IMG/VR virus record: IMGVR_UViG_3300035698_029839
Coordinates: 186,001 to 250,000 of that record
Length of the DNA stretch: 64,000 nucleotides
Strand: one strand, 5' to 3'
Every line of letters starts with the position of its first letter. Positions within the stretch are counted from its first letter, which is position 1. The notes under the pieces were generated by a model that was not told where the DNA came from, made no database searches, and saw nothing but the letters and a program-made list of their open reading frames with translations. A program made the position numbers and the translations under genes. Positions 21,697-31,960 of the stretch are shown piece after piece.

Positions 21697-22449
21697 ATGA
21701 AAAATATAGTGATAGCTTTTGTTGCGATAGTATCAATAGTGCTTTTTGTGGTACTCATAAATAATGATTCTCATGTCGATGTTTTTGCGGCTGAAAAAGA
21801 AACAAATAAACAAGTTTCTCAAGATACCGTCAATACAGAAATAGTCCTCACTAAGATCGAAGACACTTATACTATTTCTGAAGAAAGTTTAAATGACCCT
21901 ATAGAGCTAACTATCACTTTGGTCGATAAAACTTCTCCTAAAGTAGATAAAAGCATTCCTTCAAAGGTAGCTGTTTATTTAAAAGATGAAGTTGTTGAAT
22001 TAAAAATTGGAACTGGTCTTAAAGAAGTAGATCAGTCATGGGGCGAGCCCAGATCAGTCGAAAGAAAATATAAAGATGGTTACACAGAAATAATATGGAG
22101 ATATGGTGATTATTGGTCAAGAAAATCTAAGCTTAAAGGTAAGTATTATTATAAATTCGCAATATTTAAAGATGGTAAATTAGATTGGTACCGAAAAGAT
22201 GCAGATGTAAAAGTAAAGACACATAATCGTAATTCTGCGGTTCTAGACTATTTAGATGAAGGCCCTGTACCAACAAAAGGAATGAGTAAAAAAGATATAT
22301 ATAAAATATGGGGTCTTCCATATGGTATAGCATTAACCTGTTTTAATAATAAAACTGTTAAAGAGAGATGGATGTTTAGAATAGATGGTAAGTTATCTCA
22401 TTACTGTGAGTTAGAAAATAATAAACTAGTAGCTTGGGATGATTATTAA
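21697..22449 (+). CDS. secreted or membrane-anchored protein with two SmpA/OmlA-like repeats
   Basis: Signal peptide; IGTGLKEVDQSWGEP...W and KGMSKKDIYKIWGLP...W repeats. Confidence 0.45.
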   Translation: MKNIVIAFVAIVSIVLFVVLINNDSHVDVFAAEKETNKQVSQDTVNTEIVLTKIEDTYTISEESLNDPIELTITLVDKTSPKVDKSIPSKVAVYLKDEVVELKIGTGLKEVDQSWGEPRSVERKYKDGYTEIIWRYGDYWSRKSKLKGKYYYKFAIFKDGKLDWYRKDADVKVKTHNRNSAVLDYLDEGPVPTKGMSKKDIYKIWGLPYGIALTCFNNKTVKERWMFRIDGKLSHYCELENNKLVAWDDY

Positions 22450-22519
22450 TAATTTGAAAAGTGATTACATTCTCTTTATTCTAATATTATCTATAGAAAT
22501 GGACTATATATTAGAAAAA
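22447..22519 (+). repeat. 73-bp direct repeat, left of Type III R-M genes
   Basis: 68/73 identical to 26526-26598 by manual alignment. Confidence 0.9.
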
Positions 22520-22536
22520 TTTAAGAAAGGTATAAA

Positions 22537-24300
22537 ATGTTTAAAAATGATTACTCTGTATTAAATAAAAAAGATTTAATAGAAAAAGTGACAAAACAAG
22601 CTGCAAAATTAGATGAACAAGATAAAAAATTAGATGAACAGTCTAAAAGATATGGATTATTATGGGAAGATAAGCCAGAGAAAGTTGTAGAACAGTGTAG
22701 AAAAAATGTTCCGTTTTTAGTGGAGCAAAAAGAAAAATCAATAAAAAGAATTGGAGACAAACCTACTCACATCTTAATAGAAGGTGAAAACTATTATTCT
22801 TTATCTGTCCTGAGTTTTACTCATAAAAATAAAATAGATATCATATATATAGATCCTCCCTACAATAATGGAAAAGACAAGTGGAAATATAATAACAATA
22901 TAGTTGATATTAAAGATTCTTATAGGCATAGCAAATGGTTATCCCTTATGAGTAAAAGACTTATTTTAGCTAAAGATCTGCTAAAAGAAGATGGAGTTTT
23001 AATATGCACAATAGATCGTCATGAATCTAATAGATTGGGTTTATTATTAGAGAAAATATTTCCTAATAAAAAAATTGTATGTGTGACTATTGTTCACAAT
23101 CCAAGAGGAACGCAAGGCAATAATTTTTCTCATACTAATGAATATGCTTATTTTGTTTATCCTAGTGATGAAAAAAGATACATACAACAAAAATTACGCA
23201 ATGAATCATCTATAGAACCTCTAAGAAGATGGGGAGGGGAATCGGAAAGAAGATATGGAAAAAATGTTTTTTATCCTTTTATTATAAAAGATTTAGAGAT
23301 AGTTGATATTGGAGAAATTCCAGACGAAGACTTTCATCCTAAAAGCTCAACAATTATTAGAGATGATGGTTTGATTGAAGTATGGCCTATTGATAAAAAT
23401 GGAATAGAAAGAAAATGGAGATATTCGGCAGACAGTGTTAAAGAAGTGATAGAAGATATTCAAGTTATAAAACAAAAAAATAGCATTGAAATTAAAATTG
23501 CCATAAGAAAAGGAAACTATAAAACAGTATGGGTAGATAAAAAATATGATGCAAGTCAACATGGGACACAATTGCTAGGAAAGATTATTGATAAAAAATT
23601 TCCTTATCCCAAATCTATTTACGCTGTAAAAGACTGCTTAAAAGCTTGTGTCCACGACAAAAAGAATGCTATTATTCTTGATTTTTTTGCTGGGTCAGCA
23701 ACAACCGCTCATGCTGTTTTAGAGTTAAATAAAGACGATGAAGGGCAACGACAATTTATTATAGGGACTAGTGAAGAAGGAGATATTTGTAGAGATATAG
23801 CTATACCTAGAATACAAAAAGTGATAAATGGATATGATGTTATTACTAAAAAATATGATTATGGACTTGATGATCTGTGTTATTCTGAAGAAAAAAATGT
23901 AGAAAAAGTTTCTGCGACTGGTGATGGGTTAAAATGTTTTAAAATAGATTTCATGGAAGGAGAAAAAATCATAGATGATATTTTAGTAGAATTTTCTCCT
24001 CATGCTGTTGAGATTATTTGTGTTAAAGAAAATTGTTTTGATGAAGTCGTGGATACTAATGAATTTAAAATTTTTAAAAATATAAATGATAAATATATTG
24101 GAATAATTTGCGAGCACAATTTAGATTATGTTAAATCTTTTGTGGAACAGGTTAAAAAAATTGATAAGAAATTTATAATTTATGTTTTTTCTTATAATTC
24201 ACATATTAGTAATGAAGGATTTGAAGAAGTAGAAAATTTAGTAGAATTACGCTCGTTCCCTTATTTTATTTTGAATATCAATGAAAGGATTCATGAATAA
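22537..24300 (+). CDS. mod: Type III restriction-modification methyltransferase (Mod)
   Basis: YGLLWE, LIEGEN, IYIDPPYN, HSKWLS, FPYPKS, DFFAGSATT. Confidence 0.9.
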   Translation: MFKNDYSVLNKKDLIEKVTKQAAKLDEQDKKLDEQSKRYGLLWEDKPEKVVEQCRKNVPFLVEQKEKSIKRIGDKPTHILIEGENYYSLSVLSFTHKNKIDIIYIDPPYNNGKDKWKYNNNIVDIKDSYRHSKWLSLMSKRLILAKDLLKEDGVLICTIDRHESNRLGLLLEKIFPNKKIVCVTIVHNPRGTQGNNFSHTNEYAYFVYPSDEKRYIQQKLRNESSIEPLRRWGGESERRYGKNVFYPFIIKDLEIVDIGEIPDEDFHPKSSTIIRDDGLIEVWPIDKNGIERKWRYSADSVKEVIEDIQVIKQKNSIEIKIAIRKGNYKTVWVDKKYDASQHGTQLLGKIIDKKFPYPKSIYAVKDCLKACVHDKKNAIILDFFAGSATTAHAVLELNKDDEGQRQFIIGTSEEGDICRDIAIPRIQKVINGYDVITKKYDYGLDDLCYSEEKNVEKVSATGDGLKCFKIDFMEGEKIIDDILVEFSPHAVEIICVKENCFDEVVDTNEFKIFKNINDKYIGIICEHNLDYVKSFVEQVKKIDKKFIIYVFSYNSHISNEGFEEVENLVELRSFPYFILNINERIHE

Positions 24301-26528
24301 TGAATTTAAAAAAATACCAAAGAAAAGCTACAAATAAAATAGTAGAAGATTTATTGGAATGGTTGGGTGAAGAGCATAATAGAGATCCTAGAAGGTTGCT
24401 TTTCAAAGGGCCTACTGCTTGTGGTAAAACATTGACGATGTTTCACTCTATGGCAGAAACTAAAAAAGAATATGAAAATGTTGTGTTTTTATACATATGT
24501 TTTAATTCTTTACCAGAACAAACTAAGAAAGAATTTGAAAATTATGCTGAGAATAATGGATCTTTAAAATGTCAAATGATTGATTCTGAAGCTCATAATA
24601 ATCTGAAACCAGGTGAAATAGGAATTATAAAGTGGCAAAAAACTAATAAGAAAAATAACAGATTAATGATTGATGGAGAAACAAAATCTAATTTAAAGAA
24701 TATTATTAAAAACATAAGAAAAAAAGGGTGTAAGGTTATATTATATATTGATGAACCTCAGCATACGGCAGGAACGGAGAATTCTCAGAATACAATAAAC
24801 ATTATTAATCCTGATATAATAATGTATATTTCTGCCACTCCAGATATGAGTATTTCTTATGATGATGAAGCTATAATAAATGAAAAAGATGTAAAAAATG
24901 CACAAATGATAAGAAAGAAAATAATCACAAATGAAAGAATAAAGTATATAAGTGGGATTGATGATTCTATATTTATAAATGCATCACTTGACAAACGAAA
25001 AAGTCTTAAGCGTGATTTCCGAAGTCTAAATTTAGATTTCAATCCTTTATTACTTATTCAACTTCCTAATTTATCAGACAAATATTATGATATAGTTTAC
25101 GAAAGAACAATAAAATCGTTAAAAGATCAAGGAATAACCTTTAAGAATGGTAAGCTTGCAATTAATATAAGTGAGGATAAGCGTAATGTTGAGTTTATCA
25201 GAGAAAATAATAGTAAAGTTGATGTATTATTATTTAAGGAGGGTCTTATATATGGTTGGAATTGTCCTAGAGCTTATTTATGTTTAATGCTTAGGGGTAT
25301 TTCTGACAATCTCATAGTTAGGACTCAACTTGAAGGTAGAATTATACGAACATTAGGACAAAAATATTATCCTATAGAATCATTAAATTATGGATATATA
25401 TATCATAACTCATTATCATTGGAAATAGAAAGTGATAATGGAGATTTATATTATAATAAGAGTGCTTGTAGAAGTAAGGATGCTCCCACAAACATACAAT
25501 TGCCTTCTAGCTCTACAGTGCAATACTCTAAATATTATAAAATAGAAAGTAATTATAAAAAGTTTTTTAATAAAGCAGCAACAACAAATAAATTAAAAAA
25601 TAATATTTCTTTAAAAGTTAAAGATTTTATGGGAAAAATAGGAACTGATGGTGAGATAAATAATTTTGATAAAACTGGAAGTGTCGAAGAGAAGATTGTT
25701 TACAAACCAATTCTTGATGAAAGGCAGTTGCAAATAATATTTGAAAAATATATTTTAGAAAAAATAAAAGTATTTCAAGAGCCTTGTGTCGGATTAAATA
25801 TGTTAAAAGATACTCTTCGTAATTATTTTGTATCTCAGCTTAATCTTTCTACAAATGGTATTTTTGTAAAAATGCAAAAGATTATATTGTCAGATAAAGA
25901 TAACAAAGCACTCTTTGACAGTGTGCTTAATGAATCAATAGAAAACTATAAAAAACATTGGCAGAAACAATGCAGAAAATCTAAAGAAAAGTTTTTTAAA
26001 ATTCCGTCTGAGCTTCATTATAGGTTGAATTCTTTTAAAAAAACGGGACATAAATTAATAAAGTCTTCTAAGTCTTATATGCAACCTTTTTATATGTTAG
26101 AGCCGACAGGTCCAGAATTACTTTTTTTAGATTGGATTCATGAAAATCCCAATGTCAAAGGATTTTATAAAAATGGGACAAAAGATAAAGAGGGCATACA
26201 TTTTGGAATAACTTATGATAAGAGCGATGGGACTTTAGGATTATTTCATCCTGACTGGCTAGTTTTTTATGTTAATGGATCTATTGGAATTTATGATACT
26301 AAAGAAGGGCGCACCGCCTCAGAAGATGATGCAGGACCAAAAGCAAAATGTCTTTATAATTATATACTAAAAGTTTCGACTATCGACAGATTATTACATG
26401 GCGGCATTGTGACATTTGAAAAAGGAAGTTGTTATATTAATAGCTTAGAAAATTATAGCTATGATCGTAATAATTTATTAAGCACTGGATGGGAAATTTT
26501 TTCTGGTAATTTCATGTTGATTTACTAA
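24300..26528 (+). CDS. res: Type III restriction endonuclease subunit (Res)
   Basis: LKKYQ, GPTACGKT, DEPQH, SATP, GWNCPRA, QLEGRIIR; C-terminal FHPDW...YDTKEG nuclease; coupled to mod. Confidence 0.87.
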   Translation: MNLKKYQRKATNKIVEDLLEWLGEEHNRDPRRLLFKGPTACGKTLTMFHSMAETKKEYENVVFLYICFNSLPEQTKKEFENYAENNGSLKCQMIDSEAHNNLKPGEIGIIKWQKTNKKNNRLMIDGETKSNLKNIIKNIRKKGCKVILYIDEPQHTAGTENSQNTINIINPDIIMYISATPDMSISYDDEAIINEKDVKNAQMIRKKIITNERIKYISGIDDSIFINASLDKRKSLKRDFRSLNLDFNPLLLIQLPNLSDKYYDIVYERTIKSLKDQGITFKNGKLAINISEDKRNVEFIRENNSKVDVLLFKEGLIYGWNCPRAYLCLMLRGISDNLIVRTQLEGRIIRTLGQKYYPIESLNYGYIYHNSLSLEIESDNGDLYYNKSACRSKDAPTNIQLPSSSTVQYSKYYKIESNYKKFFNKAATTNKLKNNISLKVKDFMGKIGTDGEINNFDKTGSVEEKIVYKPILDERQLQIIFEKYILEKIKVFQEPCVGLNMLKDTLRNYFVSQLNLSTNGIFVKMQKIILSDKDNKALFDSVLNESIENYKKHWQKQCRKSKEKFFKIPSELHYRLNSFKKTGHKLIKSSKSYMQPFYMLEPTGPELLFLDWIHENPNVKGFYKNGTKDKEGIHFGITYDKSDGTLGLFHPDWLVFYVNGSIGIYDTKEGRTASEDDAGPKAKCLYNYILKVSTIDRLLHGGIVTFEKGSCYINSLENYSYDRNNLLSTGWEIFSGNFMLIY

Positions 26529-26598
26529 TAATTTGAAAAGTGATTGAATTCTCTTTATTCTAATGTTATCTATAGAAATGTACGATATATTAGAAAAA
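26526..26598 (+). repeat. 73-bp direct repeat, right of Type III R-M genes
   Basis: Partner of 22447-22519. Confidence 0.9.
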
Positions 26599-26606
26599 GG
26601 AGATAT

Positions 26607-26855
26607 ATGAGAATACAAGATTTTGGTGAAAGCTCTTTTAAATGTAAATTATTGGCAGGTAAGGCAGAAGATGTTTTACAGGATATGCCAGAGAATATCT
26701 TCCACATGGCCGTTACAAGCCCTCCATACTGGGATCAGAGACAATATCTATTCAGTGGGGCAGTCGTACTTAACAACAATTTGAGTGAGAGTGAAAAGGA
26801 AAAAATAGAAAAAGAGTTGGAAGAGTATGGAATCAAGCCAAAAATACAAGAATAA
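26607..26855 (+). CDS. N-terminal part of split DNA methyltransferase
   Basis: AAGGAG RBS, ATG 26607; AVTSPPYWDQRQY catalytic motif. Confidence 0.85.
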   Translation: MRIQDFGESSFKCKLLAGKAEDVLQDMPENIFHMAVTSPPYWDQRQYLFSGAVVLNNNLSESEKEKIEKELEEYGIKPKIQE

Positions 26856-27441
26856 AGATTGGTTATATGACCATTATATAGTTAAAAAATTATCAACTTA
26901 TCAAATTGGGGAGTTAGTAAGCAGGGATAGCAAAACTATATATAATCACTTAAAAAAGTTTAACATACCTACAAGAACTAGAGGAGAAAATCTTTCTAAA
27001 AAAGGCAATGATAATTACATGAAACATTGTGAGAAAAATCCTTTTGAAGGTAAAAATCATTCTGAGAAAACGAAGGAAATTTTAAGAATAAAAAGTTCCA
27101 GATCGAGACCAGATCTAAGGGGCAAGAAAAACGGGATGTACGGGAAGAAAGGAAAACTCAATCCGAATTATAAGGATGGCTCTTCTAGGGAAAGACAACT
27201 GATTTACGCTAGCTCAAGATGGAAAAAAATAGTTAGAAGGACTTTTAAAAGAGACAATTATTTATGTCGGAGATGTAGCGGCCGTAGTGAATATAAAAAT
27301 CCGCTACATTCTCATCACCTGAGATCATGGGCTAACAATTTAAAAAGCAGATTCGATATTAATAATTTGGTTACGCTATGCAAGAAATGTCATAATTTTG
27401 TTCATAGTAAAAAAAATATAAATAAGGATTTTATAATATGA
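26827..27441 (+). mobile_element. HNH homing endonuclease inserted in the MTase gene
   Basis: NUMOD3-like HSEKTKE and NPNYKDG; RDNYLCRRC...HSHH...NLVTLCKKCH. Confidence 0.9.
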
Positions 27442-28406
27442 AGATATGGGATATCAAAGAAATACCAGAACACTTAAAAAAACATTTTACTGCACCAGAG
27501 TTAGGACAAGAATCGACACCAGAAGAATATGTAGAAAATTTAGTTGCTATATGCAAAGAGGTAAAAAGAGTTCTGAGGAAAGATGGAACTTTCTGGCTTA
27601 ACATAGGAGATGGGTATTGTAAGAAGGCAGTTAAATCTCTAGGAATTAAACCTAAAGATATGGTTGGAATTCCTTGGATGCTTGCGTTCGCCATGAGAAA
27701 AGATGGATGGTATTTGAGAAGCGATATCATATGGCAGAAAACAAATCCTATGCCCGAAAGCACTAAGTCTAGGCCGTCCAAATCATATGAACATTTATTT
27801 CTCTTTTCTAAATCTGATAAATATTTTTATGATTATTTTGCTATTGCTGAACCTCAAAAAGAAATTTCTATTAAACGAGCATATTCTAAAAATAAAGTGA
27901 ACAAAAGAAAAGATGCTAATAGTAATGAGTATGCTATTAGCGGAAAGTCTCAAGATAAAACTTATAAAAAGTTGATAAAAACAATAGAAGAACTTGGGCC
28001 AGGAGAACTTCTTATGTGCAATAAGAAGGACGTTTGGACATTAGCAACTGCCAATACTAAGATAAAACATTTTGCTGTTTATCCTATGGAATTAATTAAA
28101 CCATGTATTTTTGCAGGTAGTTCTTTGAAGGGTTGTTGCCCAAAATGTCAAGCTCCATGGGTTAGAGAAGATAGGAAAAAATGGGTACCAAGTTGCGATT
28201 GTGGAGAAACAGAGGCAAAAGAATGTCTTGTTTTAGATCCTTTTAATGGATCTGGAACTACTGGAATCGTGTGCAGAGAATCTCATAGAAAATATGTAGG
28301 AATAGATATTAGTGAAAAATATCTTTCATATACAAGAAGTGAATTAATAGGATCTAAAATGGATGTAGAAGAGGTAGATACTGTTGAAGAAATTATTAAA
28401 TTATAG
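27438..28406 (+). CDS. C-terminal part of split DNA methyltransferase
   Basis: LGQESTPEEYV, RVLRKDGTFWLNIGD, HFAVYP, DPFNGSGTTG; lacks the SPPY motif, which is in 26607-26855. Confidence 0.9.
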   Translation: MKIWDIKEIPEHLKKHFTAPELGQESTPEEYVENLVAICKEVKRVLRKDGTFWLNIGDGYCKKAVKSLGIKPKDMVGIPWMLAFAMRKDGWYLRSDIIWQKTNPMPESTKSRPSKSYEHLFLFSKSDKYFYDYFAIAEPQKEISIKRAYSKNKVNKRKDANSNEYAISGKSQDKTYKKLIKTIEELGPGELLMCNKKDVWTLATANTKIKHFAVYPMELIKPCIFAGSSLKGCCPKCQAPWVREDRKKWVPSCDCGETEAKECLVLDPFNGSGTTGIVCRESHRKYVGIDISEKYLSYTRSELIGSKMDVEEVDTVEEIIKL

Positions 28407-28423
28407 AAAAATATTATTTTTTA

Positions 28424-28452
28424 CTTGACAAAAGTGAAAAAAGTAGTATAAT
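28424..28452 (+). promoter_or_regulatory. sigma70-type promoter; 29-bp perfect direct repeat (left copy)
   Basis: CTTGACAAAAGTGAAAAAAGTAGTATAAT, identical at 35512-35540. Confidence 0.85.
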
Positions 28453-28555
28453 GTGTTATAAATCAGTTGAATAAGTTTATTAGCCGACATTTCAATTTTC
28501 CTGATTTTATTGAAATGTCAGAAATCGCTCCTAAAGAGCAGAAAAGGAGTTTCCT

Positions 28556-29251
28556 ATGGATTCTCAAAAACGTATCCCCATCAAACGAGCAATCGAACTA
28601 GCAAAAATCATTTCTGAACAGTATAACATAAAAAGTTATAAAGATTGGAAAAACTTTATCAAAAGAGATTCTGATTCTACAGATGTTCCTGGGCCAGGAA
28701 AGACTTTTTTATCATTTAAAGCAGCAAAAAAGTTTGTTAAGTCTCTTAATTTAAAATCTATGCAAGAGTGGAGAGTATATTGTGATGAAAATCATATTGT
28801 AAATGTTCCTTCTCATCCTGCAAAACAGTATAAAAATGAATGGATATCTTGGAGTGATTTTCTAAAAGGAGATCACGAAGTCCCTTCTAAATTTCTACCA
28901 TTTAAAGAAGCTAGAAAGATAGTAAGAAGTCTGCATTTAGAGAGCTGCAAAGAATGGGACGAATATTGCAAGTCGGGGAAAAAGCCAAAAAATATCCCAC
29001 ATAGTCCTCAACATATCTACAAAGAAAATGGATGGCTGGGCTGGGATTGTTTTTTTGGCACAGGAGTTTATAAAGATATGGATGATGAAGAAATACTATT
29101 TGATATTAAGTCAGAATTATGCTATGTCGGGGAGACAATGGAAGCGTTAAGAGGAGATATGACAGATGAAGAGATTTTAATAGCTTATGAGCAACAAGCT
29201 GTAGAGGTTATTGAGGCTATTAAAGAATACATGAAAAAATATCCAAGATAA
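28556..29251 (+). CDS. integrase-repeat (INT_rpt-like) protein
   Basis: Two full and one partial FLxFxxAxxxV...EW...IPxxP..YK..W..W.DF repeats; acidic C-terminal tail. Confidence 0.8.
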   Translation: MDSQKRIPIKRAIELAKIISEQYNIKSYKDWKNFIKRDSDSTDVPGPGKTFLSFKAAKKFVKSLNLKSMQEWRVYCDENHIVNVPSHPAKQYKNEWISWSDFLKGDHEVPSKFLPFKEARKIVRSLHLESCKEWDEYCKSGKKPKNIPHSPQHIYKENGWLGWDCFFGTGVYKDMDDEEILFDIKSELCYVGETMEALRGDMTDEEILIAYEQQAVEVIEAIKEYMKKYPR

Positions 29252-29274
29252 TATCTAGAAGATGAGGAATAATA

Positions 29275-29886
29275 ATGCAACCAGATTACGGTTTATGTGA
29301 ATTCAAGTTAGAAGCTAGAGTAAAAGGCATAGAGATGTGGAAACATATCAGTGGCCTTAACTCTATTCCTATTGATAAACAATATATTACTTTGTGTAAT
29401 GTTCAAAATCCAGATTGTGAAGGTACTGAAATAGTTCAGTTGAAAAATATGGGAGTTATTTCTTCTTATTCACAATTTATTGGGATAGACAGAGATCAAC
29501 AGATCATTGACCAAAATAGGATTTGGATTCCTGAGGCAACGTGGATATGCGAAGAATGGAGTAATGCCATTCGTAAGATTGATAACTTCAATCCTGCTTT
29601 AATATATATGGATTTAACAAGCTGGGTTTGTTCCGACAGTGTGTTGGATATCATTGATTCGACTTTGCATCTATGTCCGATATATACAGTATTATTGATA
29701 AATGTAATGACAAATAATCCTCGTAGCAATCGTATTTTTGATAATAGATATATAATAGATAATTTACCAAAAACAGTTCCACCATCAGAGATGGCTAAGT
29801 GGTCCTCAAACGTTCATAATTTTACCTATAATGCTAGTGGAAAAACTGAAATGAGAACATTTTTGATGTTTAAAAAAAAGGATTGA
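29275..29886 (+). CDS. hypothetical protein, possible Rossmann methyltransferase-like fold
   Basis: FIGIDRD and LIYMD strands resemble class I MTase motifs; no clear GxGxG. Confidence 0.35.
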   Translation: MQPDYGLCEFKLEARVKGIEMWKHISGLNSIPIDKQYITLCNVQNPDCEGTEIVQLKNMGVISSYSQFIGIDRDQQIIDQNRIWIPEATWICEEWSNAIRKIDNFNPALIYMDLTSWVCSDSVLDIIDSTLHLCPIYTVLLINVMTNNPRSNRIFDNRYIIDNLPKTVPPSEMAKWSSNVHNFTYNASGKTEMRTFLMFKKKD

Positions 29887-29890
29887 ATAA

Positions 29891-31960
29891 ATGAGTAACA
29901 AGCAAAAGGCTCAGGCAAAACAAAGGAAACGAGTAAAAAAGAGATATAGCAATATAGATAGTGTTTATGGAGTTCATATAACTTCTCACGGACCAATATC
30001 TCAGAATGCTATGTATTTTGAAAAGATTGGATTAAAGCCAAAAAAATTATGGAAATGGCAAGAAAAGGCCAGAAAAAAATCTCATGGCAGCGGTAAATCC
30101 GTCCGATTCGTTAAAAGATTTTTTGCTACCCAGGCCCCATGTGGTTCTGGAAAAACAACATTTGGAATCTCTTCAGGAGTAGATGATATTGTCTTTTCTG
30201 CTTTCGGAAGAAAACAACTTTACATAGTTCCTATGAGGCACGTAGGAACTCCATTTGCCGAGGACGGTGAGTTAAAAACCATTCTTATCAAGGTGGGTAG
30301 AAAAACATGGGAATGGCATATGCACCCCAATCATAATTTTTGCTCAAAACCTGATATCGATGAATTAATCAAATGGCTTTTAATGACACCAGAAGAAGTA
30401 ACAATGTGTCGCGATAATGTTATTAGTGGATTGAACGCTGTGTGTTGCTATCAATCATTAATCATAGCTTGGAGTAAGTTAACAAAAAAACAAAAAAAAC
30501 AAGCTATTACTAATCTTACTTTGAGGGTTGATGAAGCGCATCATCTTAAGCATGTTTTGGACGAATTGGAATTTGAGTCTGATGAATTGAAAGAAGCTTA
30601 CAAAGAGGACGCAACTGGCATAGGTAATATTTGCACTTTCATCATAAATTGTGACGAGGTTAAAACTTCAAAAATTCATACTACTAGTGCTACAATGTAC
30701 CGTGGGGATAAGAAGTTTATTTTCTCCGATTCCGTAAAAGATGTTTTTGAGTATTATAATTATTCGTGGGCTGAGCATTTTGATACACTTGATGTAAGTG
30801 AATTTAATTTGTGTTATGCAGAATATGATGTAGATCCTATCCGACAGATTGCAGATAATATTTTAGCAGAACCTAATGAATACCATCTGGTTATTTTTCC
30901 TTCTAGAGGTCACAAGTGGAGGGATAAGGATGGCTTTGAGCTGGATCTGCTTATACAATATCTGAGAGAAGGAGGTATGCCAGAAGAAAGAATTATGGAC
31001 TTGGTTACAAAAGATAAGCAAAATAAGAATAAAAAGAAACTTAGGAATGAACCTAAGGAATTTGATGCAGAAAATCTTCCTAATTTTTCGGTTATAATAG
31101 CGTGTAATCTTGGGAGAGAAGGAACTAACATACCATATTGTTCTCGTCTACATAATGCAGCATCAGAAAACTCTATTACTCAAGCTATGCAAACTTTGGG
31201 AAGATTATTAAGAAGATGGTTTGGCAAGACAAAGATTGAGTCTATTATGTATATCAATAGTTTTATTGCTCCTGAGGACACTACTAAAAAAGATTTGCTT
31301 CAAAATAGGCAAAGTGCCATGTTGTTGTGTATGGTTCTTAAAAATGAATTTATGCCAATTTTGTTTCCATTTATTCCTCCTTCAAATGAAAATAGTGAAG
31401 CAGATACACCAGACTCTGAGCCAAAGCAGACTAGCTTACAAGAGCACCTTGGTGAAAATTTTCAAAACGTAATGTTAGAGCTTTCTAGGAGACATGATGC
31501 TCTTGACGATAAAAGCGAAACTTCTGTTAACGAGATGATACATGAACTATTGAGTGATCACGGTATAACAGAAAATGTAGATATTCTGACAGAGGCTATG
31601 AAAGTTAATATACTACGTCAAACTCTGAAAAAAGATATAAATATTCTTCCTGGCTTTGATGGTTTAGTAGATTTATCTGTCATGAAGGATTTTGGATATG
31701 ATACGATACGAGAAGTTTGTCATCCGACTTTACATTTCATGAGTCATCTTGGTAATGGGAAAAAAGATTTTGCTATTATAAAGAAAATTGGAGAAATGCT
31801 TTTTACTATTAAGAAGATCAGAGGGACAGCGTATGAAGCAACGACAGATGAGATTGTGGAGCACATAAAGAAAATGGGTTGGAGTAAAAAAGAGACGTTA
31901 GAGCAGATGTCTAATGGCATTAGGGTCTCTGCCGACAAATGGGAATTTAAGAATGGGTAG
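29891..31960 (+). CDS. SF2 (DEAH) helicase/ATPase
   Basis: WKWQ, APCGSGKT, VDEAHH, SAT, REGTNIP, QTLGRLLR. Confidence 0.88.
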   Translation: MSNKQKAQAKQRKRVKKRYSNIDSVYGVHITSHGPISQNAMYFEKIGLKPKKLWKWQEKARKKSHGSGKSVRFVKRFFATQAPCGSGKTTFGISSGVDDIVFSAFGRKQLYIVPMRHVGTPFAEDGELKTILIKVGRKTWEWHMHPNHNFCSKPDIDELIKWLLMTPEEVTMCRDNVISGLNAVCCYQSLIIAWSKLTKKQKKQAITNLTLRVDEAHHLKHVLDELEFESDELKEAYKEDATGIGNICTFIINCDEVKTSKIHTTSATMYRGDKKFIFSDSVKDVFEYYNYSWAEHFDTLDVSEFNLCYAEYDVDPIRQIADNILAEPNEYHLVIFPSRGHKWRDKDGFELDLLIQYLREGGMPEERIMDLVTKDKQNKNKKKLRNEPKEFDAENLPNFSVIIACNLGREGTNIPYCSRLHNAASENSITQAMQTLGRLLRRWFGKTKIESIMYINSFIAPEDTTKKDLLQNRQSAMLLCMVLKNEFMPILFPFIPPSNENSEADTPDSEPKQTSLQEHLGENFQNVMLELSRRHDALDDKSETSVNEMIHELLSDHGITENVDILTEAMKVNILRQTLKKDINILPGFDGLVDLSVMKDFGYDTIREVCHPTLHFMSHLGNGKKDFAIIKKIGEMLFTIKKIRGTAYEATTDEIVEHIKKMGWSKKETLEQMSNGIRVSADKWEFKNG

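Noticed and set aside
26827-27441. Group I intron or intein carrying the HNH in the MTase
   Set aside because: The HNH ORF overlaps both MTase halves, leaving no non-coding flanks for an intron core. The three ORFs are not one continuous frame and there are no intein terminal motifs.
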